Program-made: the position numbers and the translations under genes
Origin: Vitreimonas sp.
GTDB lineage: Bacteria > Patescibacteriota > Microgenomatia > UBA1400 > PJMF01
Direction: 5' to 3'
NCBI GenBank assembly: GCA_035627515.1
Contig: DASPLQ010000012.1
Span: forward strand, 199,269-263,268
Length of the DNA stretch: 64,000 nucleotides
The notes under the pieces: generated by a model
Seen by the model: only the letters and a program-made list of their open reading frames with translations
What the model was told of the DNA's origin: nothing
The model's database searches: none
Shown: positions 1 to 9,201 of the stretch, piece after piece
Layout: every line of letters starts with the position of its first letter
Numbering within the stretch: the first letter of the stretch is position 1

Positions 1-681
1 CCAGGTGTGATGCCGGCGGCCAGGATCAATCATCATCGCGTTGACGGGTCTAAAGTTGGCCTCTCCCCCCTTTTCCAGCAGATGATGACCAGCACTAAAA
101 TACACACCTTGCCGCTGCATTTTGATCCCTTGCTTATGCTGTGCTTGATCTTTATTGGCTGGCCACAAACTGCCCTCGGTAGTACCGATCACAATCGTGG
201 CTGGGACTGGGATATGTGGCAAACGGCCAACCTCAAGGATATAGCTGGTAAATACCTGAACTAAATTGACATCGGCTTGTTTATTAATTCCCACGCGATG
301 GGTGAATTCAGGGTGGACATCGAGCACCACGGACTGGCGTTGCTTGTTACCGAGATGGCCAGGTTTAAGCCAATTTTCGTGACCAGTCAACTCAGCAAAA
401 TATGCTGACCACAGACTCAAATCCACCCCTGCAACTCGGGAAAAATGAGCCAAGGCTTCGCCCAAGTGCAAGAACGTCGGCACCTGAGCTGCTGAGTGAG
501 GTTTTTCGATCATTACTTGTGGTTCATTCTGGTGTTGGGGATCAATATACATCCACAATGGTGGCAACTGAGCCTCTTTGACAACATCAGCAATTTGGAA
601 AGCTACCGCTCGGCCGGCTTTCAACTCGCTGCCTGCTGCGGCGATTGCTTGATTAATTATTTCTTGATTTCCGTGTGACAT
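1..681 (-). CDS. Hypothetical protein, truncated by the window edge (start codon at 679-681, continues past position 1)
   Basis: Manual reverse-strand translation gives an uninterrupted frame from ATG at 681 (MSHGNQEIINQAIAAAGSELKAG...GHENWLKPGHLGNKQRQSVVLDVHPEFTHRV...) to position 1. It is absent from the ORF track because no stop lies in the window. I recognise no family. Confidence 0.45.
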   Translation of the reverse strand, partial: MSHGNQEIINQAIAAAGSELKAGRAVAFQIADVVKEAQLPPLWMYIDPQHQNEPQVMIEKPHSAAQVPTFLHLGEALAHFSRVAGVDLSLWSAYFAELTGHENWLKPGHLGNKQRQSVVLDVHPEFTHRVGINKQADVNLVQVFTSYILEVGRLPHIPVPATIVIGTTEGSLWPANKDQAQHKQGIKMQRQGVYFSAGHHLLEKGGEANFRPVNAMMIDPGRRHHTW

Positions 682-705
682 AGTTTACTTTCTGAATATT
701 TTTTA

Positions 706-736
706 TAACTAAAAACCCCCTGCTTGCGCGGGGGGT
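706..736 (-). terminator. Rho-independent terminator downstream of CDS 906..1547
   Basis: GC-rich hairpin CCCCCTGC-TTGC-GCGGGGGG (716-735) preceded on the plus strand by AAAAA, i.e. followed by a U-run on the minus strand. Confidence 0.55.
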
Positions 737-905
737 GAATGGCTTGGTGAATTTGTTTTTAGGCTTTAACAGGCATCACGCACTCCCCGCTTCAAAGTGG
801 GGGTGCAACAACAAATGGAAGTGATCACAAAATGAGAACTCATGACTGTTGGTACTATACTGGGGCGAGGGAAAAATGAACAGTGGGAAAGCTATTGGTG
901 AAGGC

Positions 906-1547
906 TTAATTCGCGCTCTGTGGCCCACTGAGCGTCTTGCGATCTTGTTCCAGTTTCTGGACAGCCTTAGGTTTCTTAGCGCCAGGACCGACTGGACCTT
1001 TTTTGGTACTACTCGGTAGCTCGACGCTATTAGCTTTCTGCTGTTCTTCTTGTTGCTTGCGCATCTGCTTTTCTTGTTCTTCTTGCTGTTTCTTTTTCAT
1101 GGCCAATTGATATTTTTCGCGGGCCACTTGCTGTTCCTCTTCAGTCAATTTATTGAAGCGATTCAGCATCTGCTTCTTTTTGGCTTGCAGCGCGGGATCG
1201 TCTTCAGCCGGTTTGATTCCCAACATGGCATTCAGATCAAAAATACTTAGCAAACCTTTGAGAATATCTTTGGCCGGTCGCTGGACCACTTCTTCCACAA
1301 TCGTGCCCACAGGGCGTGGAGCGGCCTGTTTGCTATCAGGAGTCATCGGTCCCAACGGACCAGCTTGACCACCAGGAGCGCCAGCCCCACCCGCCTGAGT
1401 AGCACTGGCTGCCATTTGACTCATCGCTTTTTGCTGCATCGCAGCCTGAGCATCATTTTCACCTAAGTGTTCATCACTAAAATTACCCAGGCTTTGGTTA
1501 AAACCACCCATGGGGCGTGGACGAGCAGTTGGGGCAGGACCAAACAT
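906..1547 (-). CDS. Low-complexity Q/E/K-rich hypothetical protein with coiled-coil C-terminus
   Basis: 213-aa ORF with a Gly/Ala/Pro-rich N-terminal part and a KKQQEEQEK-type charged tail. The N-terminus (MFG...GGF..LGN) resembles YbaB only weakly, so I do not call it YbaB. Confidence 0.45.
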   Translation of the reverse strand: MFGPAPTARPRPMGGFNQSLGNFSDEHLGENDAQAAMQQKAMSQMAASATQAGGAGAPGGQAGPLGPMTPDSKQAAPRPVGTIVEEVVQRPAKDILKGLLSIFDLNAMLGIKPAEDDPALQAKKKQMLNRFNKLTEEEQQVAREKYQLAMKKKQQEEQEKQMRKQQEEQQKANSVELPSSTKKGPVGPGAKKPKAVQKLEQDRKTLSGPQSAN

Positions 1548-1601
1548 AATTTAAAGCGTCCGCCAGCGGGCGGAAGTAATTAAGTAACTAAGTAATTGCG
1601 T

Positions 1602-2048
1602 TCAGACTTTCTTATGACCGAGCTGGACAATCTCAAAACCATCCGTTGCCGCTACTTTGGCTGCATCGGCTTCTTCTTTTGCGTGCTCTTGAGACACTTT
1701 AGCTTGGTATTCAGGAGTTTGTTCAATTTGTTTCAAATCAGCTAGTTGTTGCGTTAAAAGTTGTTGATCCACGATTTTTTGTTGCTCGATGCGAGCTTGA
1801 ATCTCGGCTAATTTAGCCGCTTCATCGGCACTAGTAGCAGCGGGGTCGGCAGCCACAGCCCCTGCAGATTGTGCGCTTTCTGCAGCTGGCGCACCTGCAC
1901 CGGCTTTATTTTTAGCGTCACCTAAGATTTCCTCGAGAATTTCTAAAGGGCTTTTTTGCGGCATTCCACCTGGTTGACCAGCAGCGGTTGGTTGGCCTCC
2001 AGCCTGGGGATCGACAACGGGCAAAGGTGATTGAGAGGCGTCATTCAT
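1602..2048 (-). CDS. Low-complexity Ala/Gln-rich hypothetical protein
   Basis: 148-aa ORF, compositionally biased, same orientation as its neighbours. Confidence 0.4.
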   Translation of the reverse strand: MNDASQSPLPVVDPQAGGQPTAAGQPGGMPQKSPLEILEEILGDAKNKAGAGAPAAESAQSAGAVAADPAATSADEAAKLAEIQARIEQQKIVDQQLLTQQLADLKQIEQTPEYQAKVSQEHAKEEADAAKVAATDGFEIVQLGHKKV

Positions 2049-2176
2049 ACTCTAAAGATATCAGGTTCGGTGACCACGCAGCAAGTACCGACTCGAGAAG
2101 TAGCTTAAACTATAAACCCTGCCTGATGTATGACACCAGACAGGGCTCATCGAGATACTAATAACTACTTGCTTGG

Positions 2177-2527
2177 CTAGCCAGTCCAGCCAGCATCACC
2201 CAGATGCCAGCGTGAGGAACGCTTAGCCGTCAAGCGGCGCTCTTTTAAACGACTCAGGCCCTCTTTCGCGCGGGCAGTAACTTCTACAACGGCTTCATAC
2301 ATATCGCGAGCTCGGCGCTCTACCACGATGTCTTTGCCTGGCACGGCTACTTTCATCCGGGCAATAGCAGCTTGGACGTCATTTTTCTTGCGCCCGACGC
2401 TTTCGAGGAAAACAGTAATAGTATTAACGCGTTGTTGGCGGCGAAGAATTTTTTCCGCTTGGCGCTCAATAAAAGTGCGCAGCGCTTCAGTAACTTGTAA
2501 CGTTTTAGATTGGATCAAGACTTTCAT
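2177..2527 (-). CDS. hpf: Ribosome hibernation promoting factor / RaiA family (short form)
   Basis: MKVLIQSKTLQVTEALRTFIERQAEKILRR...VFLESVGRKK...DMYEAVVEVTARAKEGLSRLKER matches the HPF/YfiA sigma-54-modulation-protein pattern. Confidence 0.75.
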   Translation of the reverse strand: MKVLIQSKTLQVTEALRTFIERQAEKILRRQQRVNTITVFLESVGRKKNDVQAAIARMKVAVPGKDIVVERRARDMYEAVVEVTARAKEGLSRLKERRLTAKRSSRWHLGDAGWTG

Positions 2528-2602
2528 CTTTCTCCTTTCTACAGTTGTCTTTTACCACCTTCATCAGACAACCGTGTAGTAATAATAGGCCAGTTGTCGC
2601 GC

Positions 2603-2636
2603 AAAAAAACCACCTCTCAGCTCGTGAGTTAGGTGG
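2603..2636 (-). terminator. Rho-independent terminator downstream of recR
   Basis: Hairpin CCACCT...AGGTGG (2610-2636) with a plus-strand A-run 2603-2609, giving a U-run after the hairpin on the minus strand. Confidence 0.5.
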
Positions 2637-2751
2637 CCAGCATGTGATAACAAAATGTCATCATCTTACGCTAAATATATCAAAAATTTAGGGACAGGCA
2701 ATGCATCACAGTGGTGTTGATTAAACACGTATCGTACTCAAAACTCATCTT

Positions 2752-3375
2752 TTACATGCTGCGGCGGCCTTCGAGGGCTCGCGCAATCGTGGTGCCATCA
2801 GCATACTCAATATCAGCTCCAATCGGCAACCCATGGCCAATCCGGGTAATCCTCAGTTGGGTCTCACTCCCCTGTCGTTCTTGTGCTTGTTTGACTAATT
2901 CTGTAATGTATAAAGCTGTGGCTTCACCTTCCATAGTGGGATTGGTAGATAGAATTAGCTCGGTCACTCCCTCTAAGCGCTTTAAGATATCGCGCAAATA
3001 TAATTGATCAGGTCCTACGTTATTTAATGGTGAAATGGCCCCGTGCAAAACATGATATTTGCCTTGGTATCGCTCTGAACGCTCGATCGCTAACAAATCT
3101 AATGGCTGCTCTACCACACACAAGATTGATGCTTCACGACTGGTATCCCCACAGATGTCACACGGATCACTCTCGCTGACGTTATGGCACTGGCTACACA
3201 ACACTGTCTCGCGCTTCAGTGCCGTCAACCGTTCCGCAAAATCCACCAGTTCATGCTCAGGATTATGCAGTAAATAAAATACTAATCGCTGAGCCGACTT
3301 CGGCCCAATACCAGGTAACCGTTCAAATTTTTCAATCAAGCGCCGCACCGCGCGGGGAAGTTTTGCCATTGCCAT
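2752..3375 (-). CDS. recR: Recombination protein RecR
   Basis: HhH motif LPGIGPKSAQRLVFYLL, C4 zinc finger CSQCHNVSESDPCDIC and a Toprim region (EGEATALYI...). Typical RecR length. Confidence 0.9.
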   Translation of the reverse strand: MAMAKLPRAVRRLIEKFERLPGIGPKSAQRLVFYLLHNPEHELVDFAERLTALKRETVLCSQCHNVSESDPCDICGDTSREASILCVVEQPLDLLAIERSERYQGKYHVLHGAISPLNNVGPDQLYLRDILKRLEGVTELILSTNPTMEGEATALYITELVKQAQERQGSETQLRITRIGHGLPIGADIEYADGTTIARALEGRRSM

Positions 3376-3498
3376 ACTGGGGCATGGTAGCAGATTAATG
3401 AAGGTGTGTCAGTAGTAAGGCGTGCATCCTCTTACAATTTCTTAATTTCTTTTAGATAATGACAGCATATAATTGCGCTCTACTTTGGCTATTCAGAC

Positions 3499-3957
3499 AT
3501 GAATCAAAAACAAAGAATCGAACTAGAAACTTTTTTAAATCAGTACTCACCTCCTACTTTTCCCAGTACGGACCAAGAGCGAGATGCTATTCCAGTTATG
3601 CAAAATATTGAAAGTTATTTTTTGGAAGTCTTAAAAGACCCTGGATTACGATCTCTGTTCATAACTTCCAGTGGCATCATTTTAAAAATTATTACGCCCT
3701 ATTTCGAAATAGCCAACGATGCAGATCACACCGCCAATCAGCCACTTTCCCAAATTGAGGCGCTTCTACTCAAGGTTTTTTCGGATGAAAGTCTGCAATC
3801 GACAGACATTGATTTCGAGCTCGCAAATAACCTCAGAAGAATGTTAATTGTCTCAAAACATCCTTTGACCCAAAAATATTTGCTTCATATCCTAGGCGTT
3901 TTATCCGAACCTAACAGTGCAATTCTTCTTAACTCTGCTGAGGATCGCTACCACTAG
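3499..3957 (+). CDS. Hypothetical protein
   Basis: 152-aa ORF with no recognised motif. Confidence 0.4.
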   Translation: MNQKQRIELETFLNQYSPPTFPSTDQERDAIPVMQNIESYFLEVLKDPGLRSLFITSSGIILKIITPYFEIANDADHTANQPLSQIEALLLKVFSDESLQSTDIDFELANNLRRMLIVSKHPLTQKYLLHILGVLSEPNSAILLNSAEDRYH

Positions 3958-4816
3958 CACTAAACGTTATTCCTTTTTTAGGTTGAGCATTTTTTATTTC
4001 ATCTATACGTCGCGTCATTCGTTTTTGATGATACTCTTCTGTCCCTGTCACACGAGCTGGATTAACAGGTATTCCGCCACCAGTAGCAGTACTACTGGGA
4101 CGATTAGCAGGAACTGTGCCATATTTTTGTCGAAGATAGGCTAAGTTTATAATTGGCTTTTCAGGAGGAGCAACTGGTTCCATTGTTTGTAAATCTTTAG
4201 GACCTTCACCTGGAATATTCTCAGCGGAAACAGAAGGCGATGTCTCCACTTCTAAAGGTAAAACTGCCGGTTGGATAGCTTCAGCTTCTGGGTTAGAGCC
4301 CTCTGCTGCCAAAACCTCAGGTATAACCATTTCTTGTTGTTGACGAGGATCACCAGTTAAAGCACCCTTTTCCCGCTCAACTACCCTTTTATCACCAGTC
4401 ACAGTCCAACCTTCGAGACTCCTTCGAGTTGCATCTCGAACTGTAGAGGGATTTAAACCTTTTTGTTCAAACCAATCACCTGTCTTTGCTCCTTGATGTG
4501 TTTCGGTACTTATATCTTCTAAAGGCTGACTTAGAGCCTTATTAATTAGAGCAATTTGTTCTGTTTCTGGAAGTGTAGCCACACTACCTCTAGCCCGCTC
4601 AGCTTTCATTCTCAGCTCATCTAACTGTCTTTTAGCTTCTATTGCCTCTAAAATTTCTTGTTTTGCTTTTTGTGCTCCTGGTGAAAGTTCAAAGCTCGTT
4701 TTTACGGCAGCATTTCCAACACCCGCTGCTGCAGCTGCTCCAGCTCCTTCAAGATTTTCTAACATAAGACTCCTTTTTATACAGTAAGTATAACCACTTT
4801 TTCCCTTGTCCGTCAA
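3929..4816 (-). CDS. Hypothetical low-complexity protein (Ala/Gly/Pro/Glu-rich)
   Basis: 295-aa ORF, largely predicted disordered, so the start is uncertain. Confidence 0.4.
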   Translation of the reverse strand: MTDKGKSGYTYCIKRSLMLENLEGAGAAAAAGVGNAAVKTSFELSPGAQKAKQEILEAIEAKRQLDELRMKAERARGSVATLPETEQIALINKALSQPLEDISTETHQGAKTGDWFEQKGLNPSTVRDATRRSLEGWTVTGDKRVVEREKGALTGDPRQQQEMVIPEVLAAEGSNPEAEAIQPAVLPLEVETSPSVSAENIPGEGPKDLQTMEPVAPPEKPIINLAYLRQKYGTVPANRPSSTATGGGIPVNPARVTGTEEYHQKRMTRRIDEIKNAQPKKGITFSASGSDPQQS

Positions 4817-4828
4817 TTTACGACAGTT

Positions 4829-5128
4829 TTAAACTCGGGCTTCTACCTGAGTATTTTTTTCTCCCACTCTTTTCTCCAAAAACAACACTAACACGTGAGC
4901 CTGCACAGAAATGTCGATGAGTTGGCGGGCAACGAGCATTAGGCCGGCTTGCTCCTCATATAAACTGGCAATCGCTTTTGATTCTAAGTACACATTTTGG
5001 GCTAGTTGATGTGCTTGGGTGTAGTGGCGCTGATCGCAAAGCTGTTTAGCCTGCAAAAAATGGCGGCGGTAGTGTTCTAATGTTGGCATATGCCTCCTGT
5101 ATGTGTGATTAATACCTACAGGAGACAA
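4829..5128 (-). CDS. Small helical hypothetical protein
   Basis: 99-aa ORF; an alternative start at the internal MPTLEHY... is possible. Confidence 0.35.
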   Translation of the reverse strand: MSPVGINHTYRRHMPTLEHYRRHFLQAKQLCDQRHYTQAHQLAQNVYLESKAIASLYEEQAGLMLVARQLIDISVQAHVLVLFLEKRVGEKNTQVEARV

Positions 5129-5164
5129 TAGCCTGCTAAGCTTGCAACGATCCCTACAAAAAAA

Positions 5165-6388
5165 TTAATTTTTACTGAGTTGCTCCACGAAAGCATCAAA
5201 TGCAGCTTGGTTTCTAGCCACATGAGCATCAAGGATATCTGCTCCAAATCGCTTTCGGATAATACTCTGACCTTCTGGTTGTTTGAGCGGTTTGAAAACT
5301 ACCGCTTGTCCTAGTTTTTGAAAACCCATTGCCCAAGCCTCATCGAAAGCGTCTTGTTCTGTTTGATCAGAATGTTTCAACCAAAATGCCACTTTCTGCG
5401 TCAGTAACTTCAACTCTTCCAAAGCTTTAAACTTCACACCCATATCTTGTACTGCGGCAGTATCGGCTTGGTATTTAGTACCATCAGGCTTTTGCTCACC
5501 TTTGACACGATTTAAGTAGCCTTTGTCGTTGAGACCAAAAATTACGTCCCCTACCTTCACCTTCACATCTTTAATACCCCAACTTTGCAACGTTTCCATA
5601 AAGAGTGTGATGCCTTCTTGATAACCCATCGTACCATAAAACACTACTTCTCTAATCTTGACCCCAGCTTCCAACAATGAGTAAATCCCTGCCAAGGCCG
5701 AACCACCAGTTGCCAAACAATCATCAGGCACAACTAAGCGGATGCCATCGGGATGTTGATTATTTACCTCTGATATATCTTCCTGCCAGGGTCCCAAGCC
5801 AAATAACATCTTATCTTTTTTATTGGCTTCAGTACCTTCTCCTCCGCTCTTCTCTTTAGTATCTAATCGCTTGGCATTGACCGTCAAAAACCGACCATCA
5901 GGGTTAAACCGATGTTGGTTTCGCGCTCCACCTGATAACAAAATCATCGAGTAGGTATCAGGGGTCATAGTCCCGTGAAAATCGCGACTATTCAGCTCGG
6001 CAACGTTGTCGATGTTTTGGCCATAGACTTTGAGTTTATCGGCTATATATCCTTGGTTGGTCTCACGATCATCCATCTCGATCAAAACCTGCGCCACCTC
6101 ATGCATTTGGCGTGCCATTTCTGGATCTTCGAGACTGTGAACCGTGACTCCGTCCGGCAGTTGGTCTTTTTCGGTCCAACGATTTTGTGGCTCCACTGTC
6201 TTACCAATAATATCTTGAATCGATTGGCCTAAATCAATGATTTCGACAAATTTATCTGTGGGAAAGTGATCATGATCGGCTGGCTTTAAATTTGCCAAGG
6301 CCACCGCCAACATTTGCAGTTCTGCCCAGCTACTCGGCTGCTCGGCTCGGTAACGTGTTGCCTCAGCTGGATTAATGCCTGCTGTCAT
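5165..6388 (-). CDS. Type I phosphoribosyltransferase-domain protein (UPRT-like core) with long N- and C-terminal extensions
   Basis: PRPP-binding motif VVPDDCLATGGS, followed by VVFYGTMGYQEGI and IFGLNDKGY, which parallel the Upp motifs D-P-M-L-A-T-G-G-S / APEGI / IPGLGDAGD. At 407 aa it is about twice Upp length. Confidence 0.6.
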   Translation of the reverse strand: MTAGINPAEATRYRAEQPSSWAELQMLAVALANLKPADHDHFPTDKFVEIIDLGQSIQDIIGKTVEPQNRWTEKDQLPDGVTVHSLEDPEMARQMHEVAQVLIEMDDRETNQGYIADKLKVYGQNIDNVAELNSRDFHGTMTPDTYSMILLSGGARNQHRFNPDGRFLTVNAKRLDTKEKSGGEGTEANKKDKMLFGLGPWQEDISEVNNQHPDGIRLVVPDDCLATGGSALAGIYSLLEAGVKIREVVFYGTMGYQEGITLFMETLQSWGIKDVKVKVGDVIFGLNDKGYLNRVKGEQKPDGTKYQADTAAVQDMGVKFKALEELKLLTQKVAFWLKHSDQTEQDAFDEAWAMGFQKLGQAVVFKPLKQPEGQSIIRKRFGADILDAHVARNQAAFDAFVEQLSKN

Positions 6389-6439
6389 AATCTCCTCCTC
6401 AAATTAGTTATTACTAATGTATGACTCATTAAGTCGAGA

Positions 6440-7513
6440 TCAAGCCACCGCCTGCAAAGAGTTGTTGGCAGTTTGCGTTTCATAAATCATTCTCTCTATA
6501 AAGCGCAGCGGCGCACCTTGGATTTGGGTAATCAGGGTCATTTCTGGTGAAATCGAACCTTCTGTGGGGTTGAACAGTTGGTCTGCCAAATCTTGATAAT
6601 ATTCAGGATACAGAGCTGGGAGGACGGGCTGTGACATAAACAACTCCCACAAACCTTCGGGGCTGTAATTAATAGCTTCGTTGATGGGTGCCCCACCAGA
6701 GGCCTCTGGATCACCTAGTACTCGGCTTAACTGATCAGGTGAGATCGGAACTTCTAGTGTCAACTCATGTACCTGTGGTTCAATGTCTCGACCCAGGTGC
6801 AACATTGCTACTGCCGTGGTGTGCCGCACTACATCGTATTCTTGGTAAGTTTTTAATAAATACTCTTTCATCCAAGAATACGTCACATAGCCTGCCATGA
6901 CGTCACCAGTGGCGTGCCACTGCTTAAGCTCGCGTTTGGGAAATCCAAGTTGGTGAATGGTCTTGCCTACTTCGTGCATGTGATTTTTGGCGTCTACTCC
7001 ACCATTGACGGTGTCCATAGTGAAAGCTACTACGTTGGTGTGACCAGGGTGAGTGGCTGCCCAGTATTCTTTAAACCAGCGCATTTTATTGATAGCTTCT
7101 TGAGCTGGGTTATTACCTTTACCTTCACCAGCAGTGGAAACTCCATACATCGGCACTCCATGGAAATATCCTAAGAAAAGAACTCCCGCAAATGAACCGT
7201 CACCATTTCTGACATGATTGACCATAAACCGCTGATGAGCCACTGCACCCTCTTTATGAGCAGGAAATTCACCCGTGAGTTGACTGTGATAGTTCATGTG
7301 TTTGCGCGTACTGCCACTGAGGTCAAAGACTGCTTCAGGAGGGTTGTCACCCCAGTACTCGTAATCAGGTTCCACTGAGTCATCCCAGGCTGCTTCTACA
7401 AATTGTGTAATGAGTTCACCTTTTGTAACCTTATTTGGTATGTAAAGCGGTTGGTACTCGGCAGCGTATTTATTCATAAGCGCAAAAAAAATCCCGAGCT
7501 TAGCTCGGGACAA
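6440..7513 (-). CDS. His-rich hypothetical protein, apparently co-operonic with the PRTase-domain gene
   Basis: 357-aa ORF with no recognisable family, 51 nt upstream of the PRTase-like gene on the same strand. Confidence 0.45.
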   Translation of the reverse strand: MSRAKLGIFFALMNKYAAEYQPLYIPNKVTKGELITQFVEAAWDDSVEPDYEYWGDNPPEAVFDLSGSTRKHMNYHSQLTGEFPAHKEGAVAHQRFMVNHVRNGDGSFAGVLFLGYFHGVPMYGVSTAGEGKGNNPAQEAINKMRWFKEYWAATHPGHTNVVAFTMDTVNGGVDAKNHMHEVGKTIHQLGFPKRELKQWHATGDVMAGYVTYSWMKEYLLKTYQEYDVVRHTTAVAMLHLGRDIEPQVHELTLEVPISPDQLSRVLGDPEASGGAPINEAINYSPEGLWELFMSQPVLPALYPEYYQDLADQLFNPTEGSISPEMTLITQIQGAPLRFIERMIYETQTANNSLQAVA

Positions 7514-7570
7514 TAATAATAATTACTGGGGCCTGCGATCTCTCGCCGGCGATGTTTTCTGAAACTGGTC

Positions 7571-7596
7571 AAAAAAAAACTAGTGACTGGCACTAG
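7571..7596 (-). terminator. Rho-independent terminator downstream of tmk
   Basis: Perfect hairpin CTAGTG-ACTGG-CACTAG (7580-7596), immediately preceded on the plus strand by A9 (7571-7579). Confidence 0.6.
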
Positions 7597-7694
7597 AATC
7601 TAGATTATAAGCAGCAACATGGACCCTCACAAGTAGCAATTTACACACCGGATACTTACGTCTGGAAAGGGGCACTTTTGCTGGAAAAGACGCC

Positions 7695-8324
7695 TTAAAT
7701 CTTTAACTTATTTTTGACTTGGAGCCAAATCTCTTCTTCTACTTCGTCGAGCTCATGATTAGCGTCAATTGTCACCCACCGCTTACCTTTATTCTCTTCG
7801 GCTAAGGTTAGGTAGGCCTCGCGGACTTTTTGGTGGAACTCGCTTGCTTCCATATCTAAGCGGTCCATTTTGCCACTTTTCTCTCTTCTTTCCAAACCAA
7901 CTTCTACTGGCAAATCAAGCAAAAACGTTAAGTTCGGATACGTATGTTTCGTAGAAATGTCATTCAAACTTTCAATCATATCTTTACCGAAACCACGCAC
8001 TAATCCTTGGTAAGCAACTGAGCTATCTCGTGACCGATCCATCAGCACTACTTTGCCCGCTTCCAAAGAAGGTAAGACAATCTCCCGATAAATTTGCGCC
8101 CGAGCAGCTTGGAATAGCAGTACTTCAGTAGTGAAGGCAATGCCAATATTTTTACTGGAGAGTACCACTTCGCGAATTTGTTCAGAGATGACTGTACCAC
8201 CCGGTTCGCGAAGTACTATCACGTCTTTGCCAGCGGCCAGCAGCCGCTCACGCAACCGCACAATTTGGGTGGTTTTACCACCGCCCTCACCACCTTCAAA
8301 CGTGATTAAAAAACCTTTAGACAT
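7695..8324 (-). CDS. tmk: Thymidylate kinase
   Basis: P-loop ITFEGGEGGGKTTQ, DRS(RD) motif DRSRDSSVAYQG and a LID region. The probable start is MSKGF at 8324, with AAGGA about 8 nt upstream; the ORF track extends to 8354. Confidence 0.85.
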   Translation of the reverse strand: MSKGFLITFEGGEGGGKTTQIVRLRERLLAAGKDVIVLREPGGTVISEQIREVVLSSKNIGIAFTTEVLLFQAARAQIYREIVLPSLEAGKVVLMDRSRDSSVAYQGLVRGFGKDMIESLNDISTKHTYPNLTFLLDLPVEVGLERREKSGKMDRLDMEASEFHQKVREAYLTLAEENKGKRWVTIDANHELDEVEEEIWLQVKNKLKI

Positions 8325-8343
8325 GGTTGAGTTCCTTGGTAGC

Positions 8344-9144
8344 TTAAGAGGCAACCTTAAGTCCCTCTAAGTGTTGATATATGTAAGCTAAGCCAACCTG
8401 GGCACCAATTTCAGTGCGCCAATCAATTTGTTTAGCATCTAATACAATAATTGGCGGTCGCACCATACCACTTAACTCAGGTTTTTCAAACTCGGCGCGC
8501 AATTCATCTGGAACCTTATCTAAAGGAATCGCGGTCCCTAACTGAATCAAACGTTCATAATACTTAATTTGTTGTTCCCAATACTCACGCGGCACATCAA
8601 CTTCGCCCTTTCGAGTGGGATCATGTTTAGCTCGTTCTTTAATTCGCTCCATTTGAATGTCAACCCCTTCAGTTTCTTGGTCATCATTAAACATAGTAAT
8701 TATTAAAGCATGTGGCACGGGAGCTTTTTGAAATGTTTTTAAAACAAATTGCCAATACTTAAGATAGTTTTCCTCAGGGTTTTCTAGATGTCCATCTTTT
8801 TTTAAATTGATTTCATAAGGCACATGGTTAACCATCGAACCACCTTCGATAACGTGATAACCCCGCCGTAAGTCTCTTCTGGCCAACATACTTTGTAAAG
8901 CAGCATGTCGGGCAAATTCATCTTGGGAAACTTGAGCGAAAGGATTTGGTTTTATTCCTGATACTAAGGCCTGATAAAAGCCATTAAAATAGATGTTTAA
9001 AGATGGATCTAACTCTTCATACTTTATAGCTGGCCGATTAGTTTGTTGCTCCAGAACACGCCCCAAGGTACTAATTAAAGCGGTTTTTCCTGACCCTGTT
9101 GGTCCTGCCATCCATAAATGAAGCTTTTTATCTGGAGTTATCAT
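8344..9144 (-). CDS. P-loop nucleoside/nucleotide kinase, deoxynucleoside-kinase-like
   Basis: Walker A MAGPTGSGKTAL near the N-terminus, and a LID-like MERIKERAKHDPTRKGEVDVPREYWEQ that parallels dNK ERIRQRAR...PLEYLEQLHE.W. It lies directly upstream of tmk. The track ORF starts at GTG 9174; ATG at 9144 has GAGGAA 6 nt upstream. Confidence 0.4.
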   Translation of the reverse strand: MITPDKKLHLWMAGPTGSGKTALISTLGRVLEQQTNRPAIKYEELDPSLNIYFNGFYQALVSGIKPNPFAQVSQDEFARHAALQSMLARRDLRRGYHVIEGGSMVNHVPYEINLKKDGHLENPEENYLKYWQFVLKTFQKAPVPHALIITMFNDDQETEGVDIQMERIKERAKHDPTRKGEVDVPREYWEQQIKYYERLIQLGTAIPLDKVPDELRAEFEKPELSGMVRPPIIVLDAKQIDWRTEIGAQVGLAYIYQHLEGLKVAS

Positions 9145-9201
9145 AGACATTTCCTCATAAAAAACTCTCGGCACTAGGCAGAGAGTGAGTTAGTACTAAC
9201 T

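Noticed and set aside
7-678. Plus-strand ORFs 7..264 and 496..678
   Set aside because: They lie entirely inside a longer uninterrupted minus-strand frame (681 to the window edge) with a proper ATG, and have no RBS, so they are treated as antisense shadow ORFs.
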